64,000 nucleotides of DNA from Nemertoderma westbladi (taxonomy: Eukaryota > Animalia > Xenacoelomorpha), in NCBI GenBank assembly GCA_032718475.1, contig JAUCBJ010007849.1:1-64000 (forward strand). The letters are read 5' to 3'. A model generated the notes under the pieces. It had not been told where the DNA came from. It searched no databases and worked only from the letters and a program-made list of their open reading frames with translations. Shown one piece after another: positions 47,501 to 61,034 of the stretch (position 1 is the first letter of the stretch; each line of letters opens with the position of its first letter). Made by a program: the position numbers and the translations under genes.

Positions 47501-50500
47501 TTCAATTTCCACAGGTTGCTCTTATAGTCTCAATATTCTCTATACAATTACTTTCAATTTCCACAGGTTGCTCCTATAGTCTCAATATTCTCTATACAAT
47601 TACTTTCACTTTCCACAGGTTGCTCCTATAGTCTCAATATTCTCTATACAATTACTTTCACTTTCCACAGGTTGCTCCTATAGGCTCAATATTCTCTAAT
47701 ACAATTACTTTGACTTTCCACGAGTTGCTCCTATAGTCTCAATATTCTCTATACAATTACTTTCACTTTCCACAGGTTGCTCCTATAGTCTCAATATTCT
47801 CTATACAATTACTTTCACTTTCCACAGGTTGCTCCTATAGTCTCAATATTCTCTATACAATTACTTTCACTTTCCACAGGTTGCTCCTATAGTCTCAATA
47901 TTCTCTATACAATTACTTTCACTTTCCACAAGTGGCTTCTATAGTCTCAATATTCTCTATACAATTACTTTCACTTTCCACAGGTTGCTCCTATAGTCTC
48001 AATATTCTCTAAACAATTACTTTCAATTTCCACAGGTTGCTCCTATAGTCTCAATATTCTCTATACAATTACTTTCACTTTCCACAGGTTGCTCCTATAG
48101 TCTCAATATTCTCTATACAATTACTTTCACTTTCCACAGGTTGCTCCTATAGTCTCAATATTCTCTATACAATTACTTTCACTTTCCACAGGTTGCTCCT
48201 ATAGTCTCAATATTCTCTAAACAATTACTTTCAATTTCCACAGGTTGCTCCTATAGTCTCAATATTCTCTATACAATTACTTTCACTTTCCACAGGTTGC
48301 TCCTATAGTCTCAATATTCTCTATACAATTACTTTCACTTTCCACAAGTGGCTCCTATAGTCTCAATATTCTCTATACAATTACTTTCACTTTCCACAGG
48401 TTGCTCCTATAGTCTCAATATTCTCTATACAATTACTTTCAATTTCCACAGGTTGCTCCTATAGTCTCAATATTCTCTATACAATTACTTTCACTTTCCA
48501 CGAATTGCTCCTATAGACTCAATATTCTCTATACAATTACTTTCACTTTCCACAGGTTGCTCCTATAGTCTCAATATTCTCTATACAATTACTTTCACTT
48601 TCCACAGGTTGCTCCTATAGGCTCAATATTCTCTAATACAATTACTTTGACTTTCCACGAGTTGCTCCTATAGTCTCAATATTCTCTATACAATTACTTT
48701 CACTTTCCACAGGTTGCTTCTATAGTCTCAATATTCTCTATACAATTACTTTCACTTTCCACAGGTTGCTCCTATAGTCTCAATATTCTCCATACAATTA
48801 TTTTCACTTTCCACAGGTTGCTTCTATAGTCTCAATATTCTCTATACAATTACTTTCACTTTCCACAGGTTGCTCCTATAGTCTCAATATTCTCTATACA
48901 ATTACTTTCACTTTCCACAGGTTGCTTCTATAGTCTCAATATTCTCTATACAATTACTTTCACTTTCCACAGGTTGCTCCTATAGTCTCAATATTCTCTA
49001 AACAATTACTTTCAATTTCCACAGGTTGCTCCTATAGTCTCAATATTCTCTATACAATTACTTTCACTTTCCACAGGTTGCTCCTATAGTCTCAATATTC
49101 TCTATACAATTACTTTCACTTTCCACAGGTTGCTCCTATAGTCTCAATATTCTCTAAACAATTACTTTCAATTTCCACAGGTTGCTCCTATAGTCTCAAT
49201 ATTCTCTATACAATTACTTTCACTTTCCACGAATTGCTCCTATAGACTCAATATTCTCTATACAATTACTTTCACTTTCCACAGGTTGCTCCTATAGTCT
49301 CAATATTCTCTATACAATTACTTTCACTTTCCACAGGTTGCTTCTATAGTCTCAATATTCTCTATACAATTACTTTGACTTTCCACGAGTTGCTCCTATA
49401 GTCTCAATATTCTCTATACAATTACTTTCACTTTCCACAGGTTGCTCCTATAGTCTCAATATTCTCTATACAATTACTTTCACTTTCCACAGGTTGCTTC
49501 TATAGTCTCAATATTCTCTATACAATTACTTTCACTTTCCACGAGTTGCTCCTATAGTCTCAATATTCTCTATACAATTACTTTCACTTTCCACAGGTTG
49601 CTCCTATAGTCTCAATATTCTCTATACAATTACTTTCACTTTCCACAGGTTGCTCCTATAGTCTCAATATTCTCTATACAATTACTTTCACTTTCCACAG
49701 GTTGCTTCTATAGTCTCAATATTCTCTATACAATTACTTTCACTTTCCACAGGTTGCTCCTATATACTCAATATTCTCTATACAATTACTTTCACTTTCC
49801 ACAGGTTGCTCTTATAGTCTCAATATTCTCTATACAATTACTTTCACTTTCCACAGGTTGCTCCTATAGTCTCAATATTCTCTATACAATTACTTTCACT
49901 TTCCACAGGTTGCTCCTATAGACTCAATATTCTCTAAACAATTACTTTCAATTTCCACAGGTTGCTCTTATAGTCTCAATATTCTCTATACAATTACTTT
50001 CACTTTCCACAGGTTGCTCCTATAGTCTCAATATTATCTATACAATTACTTTCACTTTCCACAGGTTGCTCCTATAGACTCAATATTCTCTAAACAATTA
50101 CTTTCAATTTCCACAGGTTGCTCTTATAGTCTCAATATTCTCTATACAATTACTTTCACTTTCCACAGGTTGCTCCTATAGTCTCAATATTCTCTATACA
50201 ATTACTTTCACTTTCCACAGGTTGCTCCTATAGTCTCAATATTCTCTATACAATTACTTTCACTTTCCACAGGTTGCTCCTATAACCTCAATATTATCTA
50301 TACAATTACTTTCACTTTCCACAGGTTGCTCCTATAGACTCAATATTCTCTATACAATTACTTTCACTTTCCACAGGTTGCTCCTATAGTCTCAATATTC
50401 TCTATACAATTACTTTCACTTTCCACAGGTTGCTCCTATAGTCTCAATATTCTCTATACAATTACTTTCACTTTCCACAGGTTGCTCCTATAGTCTCAAT

Positions 50501-53500
50501 ATTCTCTATACAATTACTTTCACTTTCCACAGGTTGCTCCTATAGTCTCAATATTCTCTATACAATTACTTTCACTTTCCACAGGTTGCTCCTATAACCT
50601 CAATATTATCTATACAATTACTTTCACTTTCCACAGGTTGCTCCTATAACCTCAATATTATCTATACAATTACTTTCACTTTCCACGAATTGCTCCTATA
50701 GACTCAATATTCTCTATACAATTACTTTCAATTTCCACAGGTTGCTCTTATAGTCTCAATATTCTCTATACAATTACTTTCACTTTCCACAGGTTGCTCC
50801 TATAGTCTCAATATTCTCTATACAATTACTTTAACTTTCCACAGGTTGCTCCTATAGTCTCAATATTCTCTATACAATTACTTTCACTTTCCACAGGTTG
50901 CTTCTATAGTCTCAATATTCTCTATACAATTACTTTCACTTTCCACGAGTTGCTCCTATAGTCTCAATATTCTCTATACAATTACTTTCACTTTCCACAG
51001 GTTGCTCCTATAGTCTCAATATTCTCTATACAATTACTTTCACTTTCCACAGGTTGCTCCTATAGTCTCAATATTCTCTATACAATTACTTTCACTTTCC
51101 ACAGGTTGCTTCTATAGTCTCAATATTCTCTATACAATTACTTTCACTTTCCACAGGTTGCTCCTATATACTCAATATTCTCTATACAATTACTTTCACT
51201 TTCCACAGGTTGCTCTTATAGTCTCAATATTCTCTATACAATTACTTTCACTTTCCACAGGTTGCTCCTATAGTCTCAATATTCTCTATACAATTACTTT
51301 CACTTTCCACAGGTTGCTCCTATAGACTCAATATTCTCTAAACAATTACTTTCAATTTCCACAGGTTGCTCTTATAGTCTCAATATTCTCTATACAATTA
51401 CTTTCACTTTCCACAGGTTGCTCCTATAGTCTCAATATTCTCTATACAATTACTTTCACTTTCCACAGGTTGCTCCTATAACCTCAATATTATCTATACA
51501 ATTACTTTCACTTTCCACAGGTTGCTCCTATAGACTCAATATTCTCTATACAATTACTTTCACTTTCCACAGGTTGCTCCTATAGTCTCAATATTCTCTA
51601 TACAATTACTTTCACTTTTCACAGGTTGCTCCTATAGTCTCAATATTCTCTATACAATTACTTTCACTTTCCACAGGTTGCTCCTATAGTCTCAATATTC
51701 TCTATACAATTACTTTCACTTTCCACAGGTTGCTCCTATAACCTCAATATTATCTATACAATTACTTTCACTTTCCACAGGTTGCTCCTATAACCTCAAT
51801 ATTATCTATACAATTACTTTCACTTTCCACGAATTGCTCCTATAGACTCAATATTCTCTATACAATTACTTTCAATTTCCACAGGTTGCTCTTATAGTCT
51901 CAATATTCTCTATACAATTACTTTCACTTTCCACAGGTTGCTCCTATAGTCTCAATATTCTCTATACAATTACTTTCACTTTCCACAGGTTGCTTCTATA
52001 GTCTCAATATTCTCTATACAATTACTTTCACTTTCCACAGGTTGCTCCTATATACTCAATATTATCTAAACAATTACTTTCAATTTCCACAGGTTGCTCT
52101 TATAGTCTCAATATTCTCTATACAATTACTTTCACTTTCCACAGGTTGCTCCTATAGTCTCAATATTCTCTATACAATTACTTTCACTTTCCACAGGTTG
52201 CTCCTATAGTCTCAATATTCTCTATACAATTACTTTCACTTTCCACAGGTTGCTCCTATAACCTCAATATTATCTATACAATTACTTTCACTTTCCACAG
52301 GTTGCTCCTATAGACTCAATATTCTCTATACAATTACTTTCACTTTCCACAGGTTGCTCCTATAGTCTCAATATTCTCTATACAATTACTTTCACTTTCC
52401 ACAGGTTGCTCCTATAGTCTCAATATTCTCTATACAATTGCTTTCACTTTCCACAGGTTGCTCCTATAGTCTCAATATTCTCTATACAATTACTTTCACT
52501 TTCCACAGGTTGCTCCTATAGTCTCAATATTCTCTATACAATTACTTTCACTTTCCACAGGTTGCTCCTATAACCTCAATATTATCTATACAATTACTTT
52601 CACTTTCCACAGGTTGCTCCTATAACCTCAATATTATCTATACAATTACTTTCACTTTCCACGAATTGCTCCTATAGACTCAATATTCTCTATACAATTA
52701 CTTTCACTTTCCACAGGTTGCTCTTATAGTCTCAATATTCTCTAAACAATTACTTTCACTTTCCACAGGTTGCTCTTATAGTCTCAATATTCTCTATACA
52801 ATTACTTTCACTTTCCACAGGTTGCTCCTATAGACTAAATATTCTCTAAACAATTACTTTCACTTTCCACAGGTTGCTCCTATAGTCTTAATATTCTCTA
52901 ATACAATTACTTTGACTTTCCACGAGTTGCTCCTATAGACTCAATATTCTCTATACAATTACTTTCACTTTCCACGAATTGCTCCTATAGACTCAATATT
53001 CTCTATACAATTACTTTCACTTTCCACAAGTGGCTCCTATAGTCTCAATATTCTCTATTCAATTACTTTCACTTTCCACAGGTTGCTCCTATAGACTCAA
53101 TATTCTCTAAACAATTACTTTCACTTTCCACAGGTTGCTCCTATAGTCTTAATATTCTCTAATACAATTACTTTCACTTTCCACGAATTGCTCCTATAGA
53201 CTCAATATTCTCTATACAATTACTTTCACTTTCCACAAGTGGCTCCTATAGTCTCAATATTCTCTATACAATTACTTTCACTTTCCACAGGTTGCTCCTA
53301 TAGTCTCAATATTCTCTATACAATTACTTTCACTTTCCACAGGTTGCTCTTATAGTCTCAATATTCTCTATACAATTACTTTCACTTTCCACAGGTTGCT
53401 CCTATAGACTCAATATTCTCTAAACAATTACTTTCAATTTCCACAGGTTGCTCCTATAGTCTTAATATTCTCTAATACAATTACTTTCACTTTCCACGAA

Positions 53501-56500
53501 TTGCTCCTATAGACTCAATATTATCTATACAATTACTTTCACTTTCCACAGGTTGCTCCTATAACCTCAATATTATCTATACAATTACTTTCACTTTCCA
53601 CGAATTGCTCCTATAGACTCAATATTCTCTATACAATTACTTTCACTTTCCACGAATTGCTCCAATAGACTCAATATTCTCTATACAATTACTTTCACTT
53701 TCCACAGGTTGCTCCTATAGACTCAATATTCTCTAAACAATTACTTTCAATTTCCACAGGTTGCTCCTATAGACTCAATATTCTCTATACAATTACTTTC
53801 ACTTTCCACGAATTGCTCCTATAGACTCAATATTCTCTATACAATTACTTTCACTTTCCACAGGTTGCTCCTATAGACTCAATATTCTCTAAACAATTAC
53901 TTTCAATTTCCACAGGTTGCTCCTATAGACTCAATATTCTCTATACAATTACTTTCACTTTCCACGAATTGCTCCTATAGACTCAATATTCTCTATACAA
54001 TTACTTTCACTTTCCACAGGTTGCTCCTATAGACTCAATATTCTCTAAACAATTACTTTCAATTTCCACAGGTTGCTCCTATAGACTCAATATTCTCTAT
54101 ACAATTACTTTCACTTTCCACGAATTGCTCCTATAGACTCAATATTCTCTATACAATTACTTTCACTTTCCACAGGTTGCTCCTATAGTCTCAATATTCT
54201 CTATACAATTACTTTCACTTTCCACAGGTTGCTCCTATAACCTCAATATTATCTATACAATTACTTTCACTTTCCACAGGTTGCTCCTATAACCTCAATA
54301 TTATCTATACAATTACTTTCACTTTCCACGAATTGCTCCTATAGACTCAATATTCTCTATACAATTACTTTCACTTTCCACAGGTTGCTCCTATAGTCTC
54401 AATATTCTCTATAAAATTACTTTCACTTTCCACAGGTTGCTTTTATAGTCTCAATATTCTCTATACAATTACTTTCACTTTCCACAAGTGGCTCCTATAG
54501 TCTCAATATTCTCTATACAATTACTTTCACTTTCCACAGGTTGCTCCTATAACCTCAATATTATCTATACAATTACTTTCACTTTCCACGAATTGCTCCT
54601 ATAGACTCAATATTCTCTATACAATTACTTTCACTTTCCACAGGTTGCTCCTATAGTCTCAATATTCTCTATAAAATTACTTTCACTTTCCACAGGTTGC
54701 TCCTATAGTCTCAATATTCTCTATAAAATTACTTTCACTTTTCACAGGTTGCTTTTATAGTCTCAATATTCTCTATACAATTACTTTCACTTTCCACAGG
54801 TTGCTCCTATAACCTCAATATTATCTATACAATTACTTTCACTTTCCACAGGTTGCTCCTATAACCTCAATATTATCTATACAATTACTTTCACTTTCCA
54901 CGAATTGCTCCTATAGACTCAATATTCTCTATACAATTACTTTCACTTTCCACAGGTTGCTCCTATAGTCTCAATATTCTCTATAAAATTACTTTCACTT
55001 TCCACAGGTTGCTTTTATAGTCTCAATATTCTCTATACAATTACTTTCACTTTCCACAAGTGGCTCCTATAGTCTCAATATTCTCTATATAATTACTTTC
55101 ACTTTCCACAAGTGGCTCCTATAGTCTCAATATTCTCTATACAATTACTTTCACTTTCCACAAGTGGCTCCTATAGTCTCAATATTCTCTATACAATTAC
55201 TTTCACTTTCCACAAGTGGCTCCTATAGTCTCAATATTCTCTATACAATTACTTTCACTTTCCACAAGTGGCTCCTATAGTCTCAATATTCTCTATACAA
55301 TTACTTTCACTTTCCACAAGTGGCTCCTATAGACTCAATATTCTCTAAACAATTACTTTCACTTTCCACAGGTTGCTCTTATAGTCTCAATATTCTCTAT
55401 ACAATTACTTTCACTTTCCACAAGTGGCTCCTATAGTCTCAATATTATCTATACAATTACTTTCACTTTCCACAAGTGGCTCCTATAGTCTCAATATTCT
55501 CTATACAATTACTTTCACTTTCCACAAGTGGCTCCTATAGTCTCAATATTCTCTATACAATTACTTTCACTTTCCACAGGTTGCTCCTATAGTCTCAATA
55601 TTCTCTATACAATTACTTTCACTTTCCACAGGTTGCTCCTATAACCTCAATATTATCTATACAATTACTTTCACTTTCCACAGGTTGCTCCTATAACCTC
55701 AATATTATCTATACAATTACTTTCACTTTCCACGAATTGCTCCTATAGACTCAATATTCTCTATACAATTACTTTCACTTTCCACAGGTTGCTCTTATAG
55801 TCTCAATATTCTCTAAACAATTACTTTCACTTTCCACAGGTTGCTCTTATAGTCTCAATATTCTCTATACAATTACTTTCACTTTCCACAGGTTGCTCCT
55901 ATAGACTCAATATTCTCTAAACAATTACTTTCACTTTCCACAGGTTGCTCCTATAGTCTTAATATTCTCTAATACAATTACTTTGACTTTCCACGAGTTG
56001 CTCCTATAGACTCAATATTCTCTATACAATTACTTTCACTTTCCACGAATTGCTCCTATAGACTCAATATTCTCTATACAATTACTTTCACTTTCCACAA
56101 GTGGCTCCTATAGTCTCAATATTCTCTATACAATTACTTTCACTTTCCACAGGTTGCTCCTATAGACTCAATATTCTCTAAACAATTACTTTCACTTTCC
56201 ACAGGTTGCTCCTATAGTCTTAATATTCTCTAATACAATTACTTTCACTTTCCACGAATTGCTCCTATAGACTCAATATTCTCTATACAATTACTTTCAC
56301 TTTCCACAAGTGGCTCCTATAGTCTCAATATTCTCTATACAATTACTTTCACTTTCCACAGGTTGCTCCTATAGTCTCAATATTCTCTATACAATTACTT
56401 TCACTTTCCACAGGTTGCTCTTATAGTCTCAATATTCTCTATACAATTACTTTCACTTTCCACAGGTTGCTCCTATAGACTCAATATTCTCTAAACAATT

Positions 56501-56593
56501 ACTTTCAATTTCCACAGGTTGCTCCTATAGTCTTAATATTCTCTAATACAATTACTTTCACTTTCCACGAATTGCTCCTATAGACTCAATATT
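29541..56593 (+). repeat. 52-bp tandem satellite, left arm (about 520 units), made of an SLC12A9 intron/exon junction
   Basis: Unit ctatacaattactttcactttccacag|GTTGCTCCTATAGTCTCAATATTCT; period 52; many recurrent sequence variants. Confidence 0.97.
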
Positions 56594-57076
56594 TTCGCAG
56601 TCCTCTGTGATACTGCCGAGGAACCAACAGTTGGTGGTAAAGTACCTCCAAGTGGGACGGTAGATCTTGTAGCACCCATCAAAGGGATCTCACCTGCACC
56701 CGTTGTACTCAAACCGAAAAAACATAAGAAATCTATAAACGAAATATCGGATGAGTTATCCTTAACTCAACACACAATAAAAGAAAACGCTAATGGGGCG
56801 GCTAAGCGACGAGGCCGTAGTGCAACTAGAGGTAGTCGATCTGGTAGTGTGGGTGACATTGGCAAACAACGGGCCAACTCCCGCAGTATGATAAGTCGCT
56901 CAGCTCGGAGCAAGGAGGCTACCCAGCAGGGACCCAGTCAGGGCGAGAAACAGGATCCGAACCCAACGTGTCCTAACCAAGACATGGTTGGTACCAGTCG
57001 TGGTGACCTTGCGGGTGGCGTTAGCGAGGGTCAATCTGCAAACCCTACGAGCTCCGACACCTTCGAAATAGGGTGA
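56594..57076 (+). CDS. C-terminal remnant of LINE ORF1
   Basis: The frame is open from the insertion junction (FAVLCDTAEEPTVGG...KPKKHKK...KRRGRSATRGSRSGS) into ORF 56849-57076. Basic and low-complexity. Confidence 0.7.
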   Translation, partial: FAVLCDTAEEPTVGGKVPPSGTVDLVAPIKGISPAPVVLKPKKHKKSINEISDELSLTQHTIKENANGAAKRRGRSATRGSRSGSVGDIGKQRANSRSMISRSARSKEATQQGPSQGEKQDPNPTCPNQDMVGTSRGDLAGGVSEGQSANPTSSDTFEIG

Positions 57077-57123
57077 CCAGTACGACCAGTGGCGGTAACC
57101 TGAACTCGAGACCAATTAATTAT

Positions 57124-60100
57124 ATGCCTATAAGTTCACTAAAAGTTGGGTCTTTGAATGTTGAAGGTATAGTTAACAAATTACCAGACTTGGAGTTCCA
57201 GGAAGTATTAAATAATTATGATATTTTTGTATGTACAGAAACCTGGCTGAGCCCTGAAAATTCACTCATTGCGGATATTGCAGGTTTTAATTATTTTGCC
57301 GTAACAAGGTTGAATAAAAATCCCAAAGCTAGACGTTTTAGTGGAGGGATAAACGTGTATTACAAAAAACAGCTTGAAGGACATATAACTGTTCTAGAAC
57401 GTAATGAGGATATAATTTTTCTAAATATCTGTGGAACTATTGTAAATTCACCGATTGATATATTATTTTGTGCAATTTATATACCCCCAGAAGGATCAAC
57501 TTCCCATTGTGGTGACCCTGCATCTTTATATGACTTACTTGAAAATGGAATTGCTAAATTTGGTTCGAGCAGGGAAACTATTATAGCAGGCGATTTCAAT
57601 GCCAGAACTGCAGAACTGAATGATTTCATTTGTGATGAATATTCTGACAGGCCCAATGACTTAAATGAGTTATTGCCCCCAGATTATGTTTTCGATGATG
57701 ACAATGGTGACTGGGAAGGTTCTGTAAATAAAATTAGGAGAAATCAGGATGAAGTAAAAAATAACCATGGTAAACTACTTCTAAATTTGTGTAAAAATGC
57801 CAGGGTCAGAATATTGAATGGAAGGGCTGGGCGCGATGATGGCGTAGGAAAGTTTACATTTTTTGCACCTGGTGAAAGGAGAACTAGGGCTTCGACCATA
57901 GACTATATCCTAGCTGGATGCGGTCTATTATCTCACTGCTCAAATTTTTATGTTGGGGACCCAAATTTGTTTAGTCCTCACGTTATTGTCACTGCCGAAT
58001 TTTATTGGCCAGTAGAAATTGAAACGCAAGTGGATACTAATATCGATAAAACAACGAAATGCGGGGAACAAAATAGTAGGTTTAAATGGAAGGAAAAATT
58101 CAGTGATAAGTTTAAAAAAGAGCTATCTTCAGAAGTGGTACAAACTAAATTAGACAATATCGCCGACAAACTATGCACAGGACTTAACACTCCGGCGGAT
58201 ATTGATAATGCAACAGAGGAGATAGTTGACTGCATTAGACAAGTGGCAGGACGATACTTCAAAGTAAGGGAAGGCGGATCACCGGGTGATAAATGTAATG
58301 TTTCTTACCCGTGGTACAATGATGAGTGTGCGGATAAGCGTTTTATTTTTCGTAGAGAATTTAATGCATGGAAAAATAGTCCCACTCACAGTACCTTCAA
58401 CAGACTAGCTACATCTCGTTCACAGTACTGTAAGTGCATTCGTCAAGCAAAGGCAAGATATGATCGAGAACAGTCACAAACATTAGAACGCACTAGGGTG
58501 GTGAATAGCCAACAGTTTTGGGCAATGTTAAAAAACTCAACAGGAACAGGTTCTAGAACTCGCGAGGGGGGGCCTACATTAGACTCATTCTCAAAGTATT
58601 ACGAGACCCTACTGTCAAATAATAACAATTTTGTAGATGTAGGCATCTCACCACCAGAAACGGTTAACGTAGATGAGTGCCAAGGCATGTTCGAAAACGA
58701 TATTTCGGTTGCTTTAACTGAATGTGAGTTGGAAAATGCTATTGATAGATTGAAGAAACGTAAATCCCCTGGAATAGATAACATTTTGAACGAGTTCCTG
58801 ATTGAAGGTAAAGATTTCCTCATTCCAATTTTAACAGTACTTTTCAATGCCATTTTGGCATCTGGCAAATTCCCCACAGAATGGGCGATTGCGATAATTT
58901 CTCCTATATATAAGAAGAAAGGTACATTTTCTGACCCAGATAACTATAGGGGTATATCTCTTATTAGTTGCATAGCCAAACTATTCACCAGCATAGTAAA
59001 TTCAAGATTGTCATTTTGGGCAGACTGTATGGAAGTTCTATCGGAAGCACAGGCGGGTTTCAGATATGGATACAGTACGATCGATCATATCTTCTTGTTA
59101 AATGGACTAGTTGAACATTTCACTCGTAATCAAGTTGGTAAGCTATACGCGGCCTTTATTGACTTCTCAAAGGCGTTTGATAGCGTTAACAGGGACGCAC
59201 TGTGGATAAAACTAGCTAGTATTGGGTTCAGTGGTAAGCTGTTTGATGTGATCAAGAGCATGTATAGTTGCGTCAAATCGTGTGTGCGCTCTAATGGAGA
59301 AGTCTCTGATTGTTTTCCGTGTTTGTCAGGTGTGAGACAGGGTGATTGTTTGTCTCCCTTTTTATTTGCGATGTTCATGAACGATCTGGAGGCAGAGCTT
59401 GCGAAGGATGGTTTTGAAGGGATTACTATAGGATATTTACATTTATTTCTCATCCTTTATGCCGACGATATTGTATTACTTGCAAGCAGTCCATCAGACT
59501 TACAACATTGTCTCGACACGTTAGGTGACTATTGCGACTACTGGGGTTTAAGGGTTAATCTCGCCAAATCAAATGTTATGGTGTTTCGCAAAGGTGGGCA
59601 ACTTGCAAGATTAGAAAGGTGGTCATACAAGGGTGTTGCTATGGAAACGGTTTCACATTATTTGTATCTGGGAGTTACCTTTTCTTGTATGGGGTCCTTC
59701 ACCGAGGCTCAACGTGTACTTGCAGAGAAGGCGAATAAGGCATTGTTTTCGTTGAACAAATATCTATTCACATTCCCATGTATCACATTTGATCTTCGCT
59801 ACAAACTATTTAACTCTCTAATACTTCCGATCCTGCACTACGGGTGCCCAGTATGGGGGGACATCGCAGGTCCAGACGTGGAAAAGGTACATCTAAAATT
59901 TCTCAAGAGAGGTCTGGGCGTGAAAACGACAACCCCAAACTTTATGGTGTATGGAGAGACAGGGACGGTACCGCTACGTCTCCATCGACAATTTGCTATG
60001 TTAAAATTTTGGGTGAGGATTCTGAAGCTCCCTGAGAAACGCCTGACAAAACAGATATATTACACACTGCTTAAGGACATGCATACGCAAACATCGAGTA

Positions 60101-60666
60101 AAAGGGGTGCGACAAACTGGGTAGTACAAATACGTAACTTAATCAACAATATTGGATTGAGCTCTTTTTGGACGGAACAAAATGTACACAATGAAAAAAC
60201 CTTCCTTGCCAGCGCCAAGAGGAGGCTTCATGATCAGTTCATCCAGGGATGGTGGGCTGATTGCGAAGCGTCTTCTAAGGGAGCCCTATATATAAAATAT
60301 AACTTTCGAGTTGAGGGTTACTTAAACATTTTGACTGACCACCCCAAACTGAAAGTAGCCTTGGCACGCCTACGTTGTTCTTCACATAATTTACGTGTGG
60401 AAGAAGGCAGATGGCGGAAAGAAAACCCATTGGAAAGATTATGTGTTTTTTGCACACTAAATGCAATAGAGGACGAAATGCATTTCATCCTGATCTGCCC
60501 AGCTTATGCGGAACTACGATTGCAATTAATACCCGAAACTTTTTGGCGAGACCCAACGAAACAAAATTACCGCCAATTGTTGTCAACGAACTCCAAATCA
60601 GCCCTTGTAAATCTGAGCCTGTTCATTTATAAGGCGATGAAAATCAGAAATGAAACTAACAAATAA
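57124..60666 (+). CDS. LINE ORF2: AP endonuclease, reverse transcriptase and C-terminal CCHC zinc finger
   Basis: First ATG at 57124. Endonuclease motifs GSLNVEG, CTETW, GDFNAR and TIDY; RT motifs NYRGISL, QAGFR, FIDFSKAFD, GVRQG and LYADD; C-terminal CVFC...EDEMHFILIC. Confidence 0.95.
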   Translation: MPISSLKVGSLNVEGIVNKLPDLEFQEVLNNYDIFVCTETWLSPENSLIADIAGFNYFAVTRLNKNPKARRFSGGINVYYKKQLEGHITVLERNEDIIFLNICGTIVNSPIDILFCAIYIPPEGSTSHCGDPASLYDLLENGIAKFGSSRETIIAGDFNARTAELNDFICDEYSDRPNDLNELLPPDYVFDDDNGDWEGSVNKIRRNQDEVKNNHGKLLLNLCKNARVRILNGRAGRDDGVGKFTFFAPGERRTRASTIDYILAGCGLLSHCSNFYVGDPNLFSPHVIVTAEFYWPVEIETQVDTNIDKTTKCGEQNSRFKWKEKFSDKFKKELSSEVVQTKLDNIADKLCTGLNTPADIDNATEEIVDCIRQVAGRYFKVREGGSPGDKCNVSYPWYNDECADKRFIFRREFNAWKNSPTHSTFNRLATSRSQYCKCIRQAKARYDREQSQTLERTRVVNSQQFWAMLKNSTGTGSRTREGGPTLDSFSKYYETLLSNNNNFVDVGISPPETVNVDECQGMFENDISVALTECELENAIDRLKKRKSPGIDNILNEFLIEGKDFLIPILTVLFNAILASGKFPTEWAIAIISPIYKKKGTFSDPDNYRGISLISCIAKLFTSIVNSRLSFWADCMEVLSEAQAGFRYGYSTIDHIFLLNGLVEHFTRNQVGKLYAAFIDFSKAFDSVNRDALWIKLASIGFSGKLFDVIKSMYSCVKSCVRSNGEVSDCFPCLSGVRQGDCLSPFLFAMFMNDLEAELAKDGFEGITIGYLHLFLILYADDIVLLASSPSDLQHCLDTLGDYCDYWGLRVNLAKSNVMVFRKGGQLARLERWSYKGVAMETVSHYLYLGVTFSCMGSFTEAQRVLAEKANKALFSLNKYLFTFPCITFDLRYKLFNSLILPILHYGCPVWGDIAGPDVEKVHLKFLKRGLGVKTTTPNFMVYGETGTVPLRLHRQFAMLKFWVRILKLPEKRLTKQIYYTLLKDMHTQTSSKRGATNWVVQIRNLINNIGLSSFWTEQNVHNEKTFLASAKRRLHDQFIQGWWADCEASSKGALYIKYNFRVEGYLNILTDHPKLKVALARLRCSSHNLRVEEGRWRKENPLERLCVFCTLNAIEDEMHFILICPAYAELRLQLIPETFWRDPTKQNYRQLLSTNSKSALVNLSLFIYKAMKIRNETNK

Positions 60667-61034
60667 TTATTTATATTTTCTAACAATATTAATATTTCAT
60701 CTATTAACTTAAATTGTTGTGTGTTTCATTTTCATTGTTGATTTATGCATTGGGGTCACGGCGCTAAGTAGAAATATAATATATCTATTATACTTTGAAG
60801 TATACGAACACGACTATTAATGATAAAATAGAATATTGTTTCCTTATACGGTGTAACTCAGATTATAGATAGGATAATTTCGCTATTCTGTCCTACCTTC
60901 TAAGAAATTGTTATTTATAATAGTTCAGCTGGTGTACTGATTGATCAATTTATATTACATGGTGTCTACCGGTAAAGTGCAACAATTACATTAATTTGTA
61001 TGTTGAAATAATAAATAAATAATAAAAAAAAAAA

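Larger units (their letters stand above)
56594..61034 (+). mobile_element. 5'-truncated non-LTR retrotransposon (RTE-X-like LINE) inserted in the satellite
   Basis: Partial ORF1, intact APE-RT ORF2, 3' UTR, (AAAT)n plus poly(A) tail; TSD AATATT at 56588-56593 and 61035-61040. The clade call is tentative. Confidence 0.92.

Noticed and set aside
57073-57123. GTG start for LINE ORF2
   Set aside because: The first ATG at 57124 directly precedes the endonuclease motif; a GTG start is unlikely in a eukaryote.
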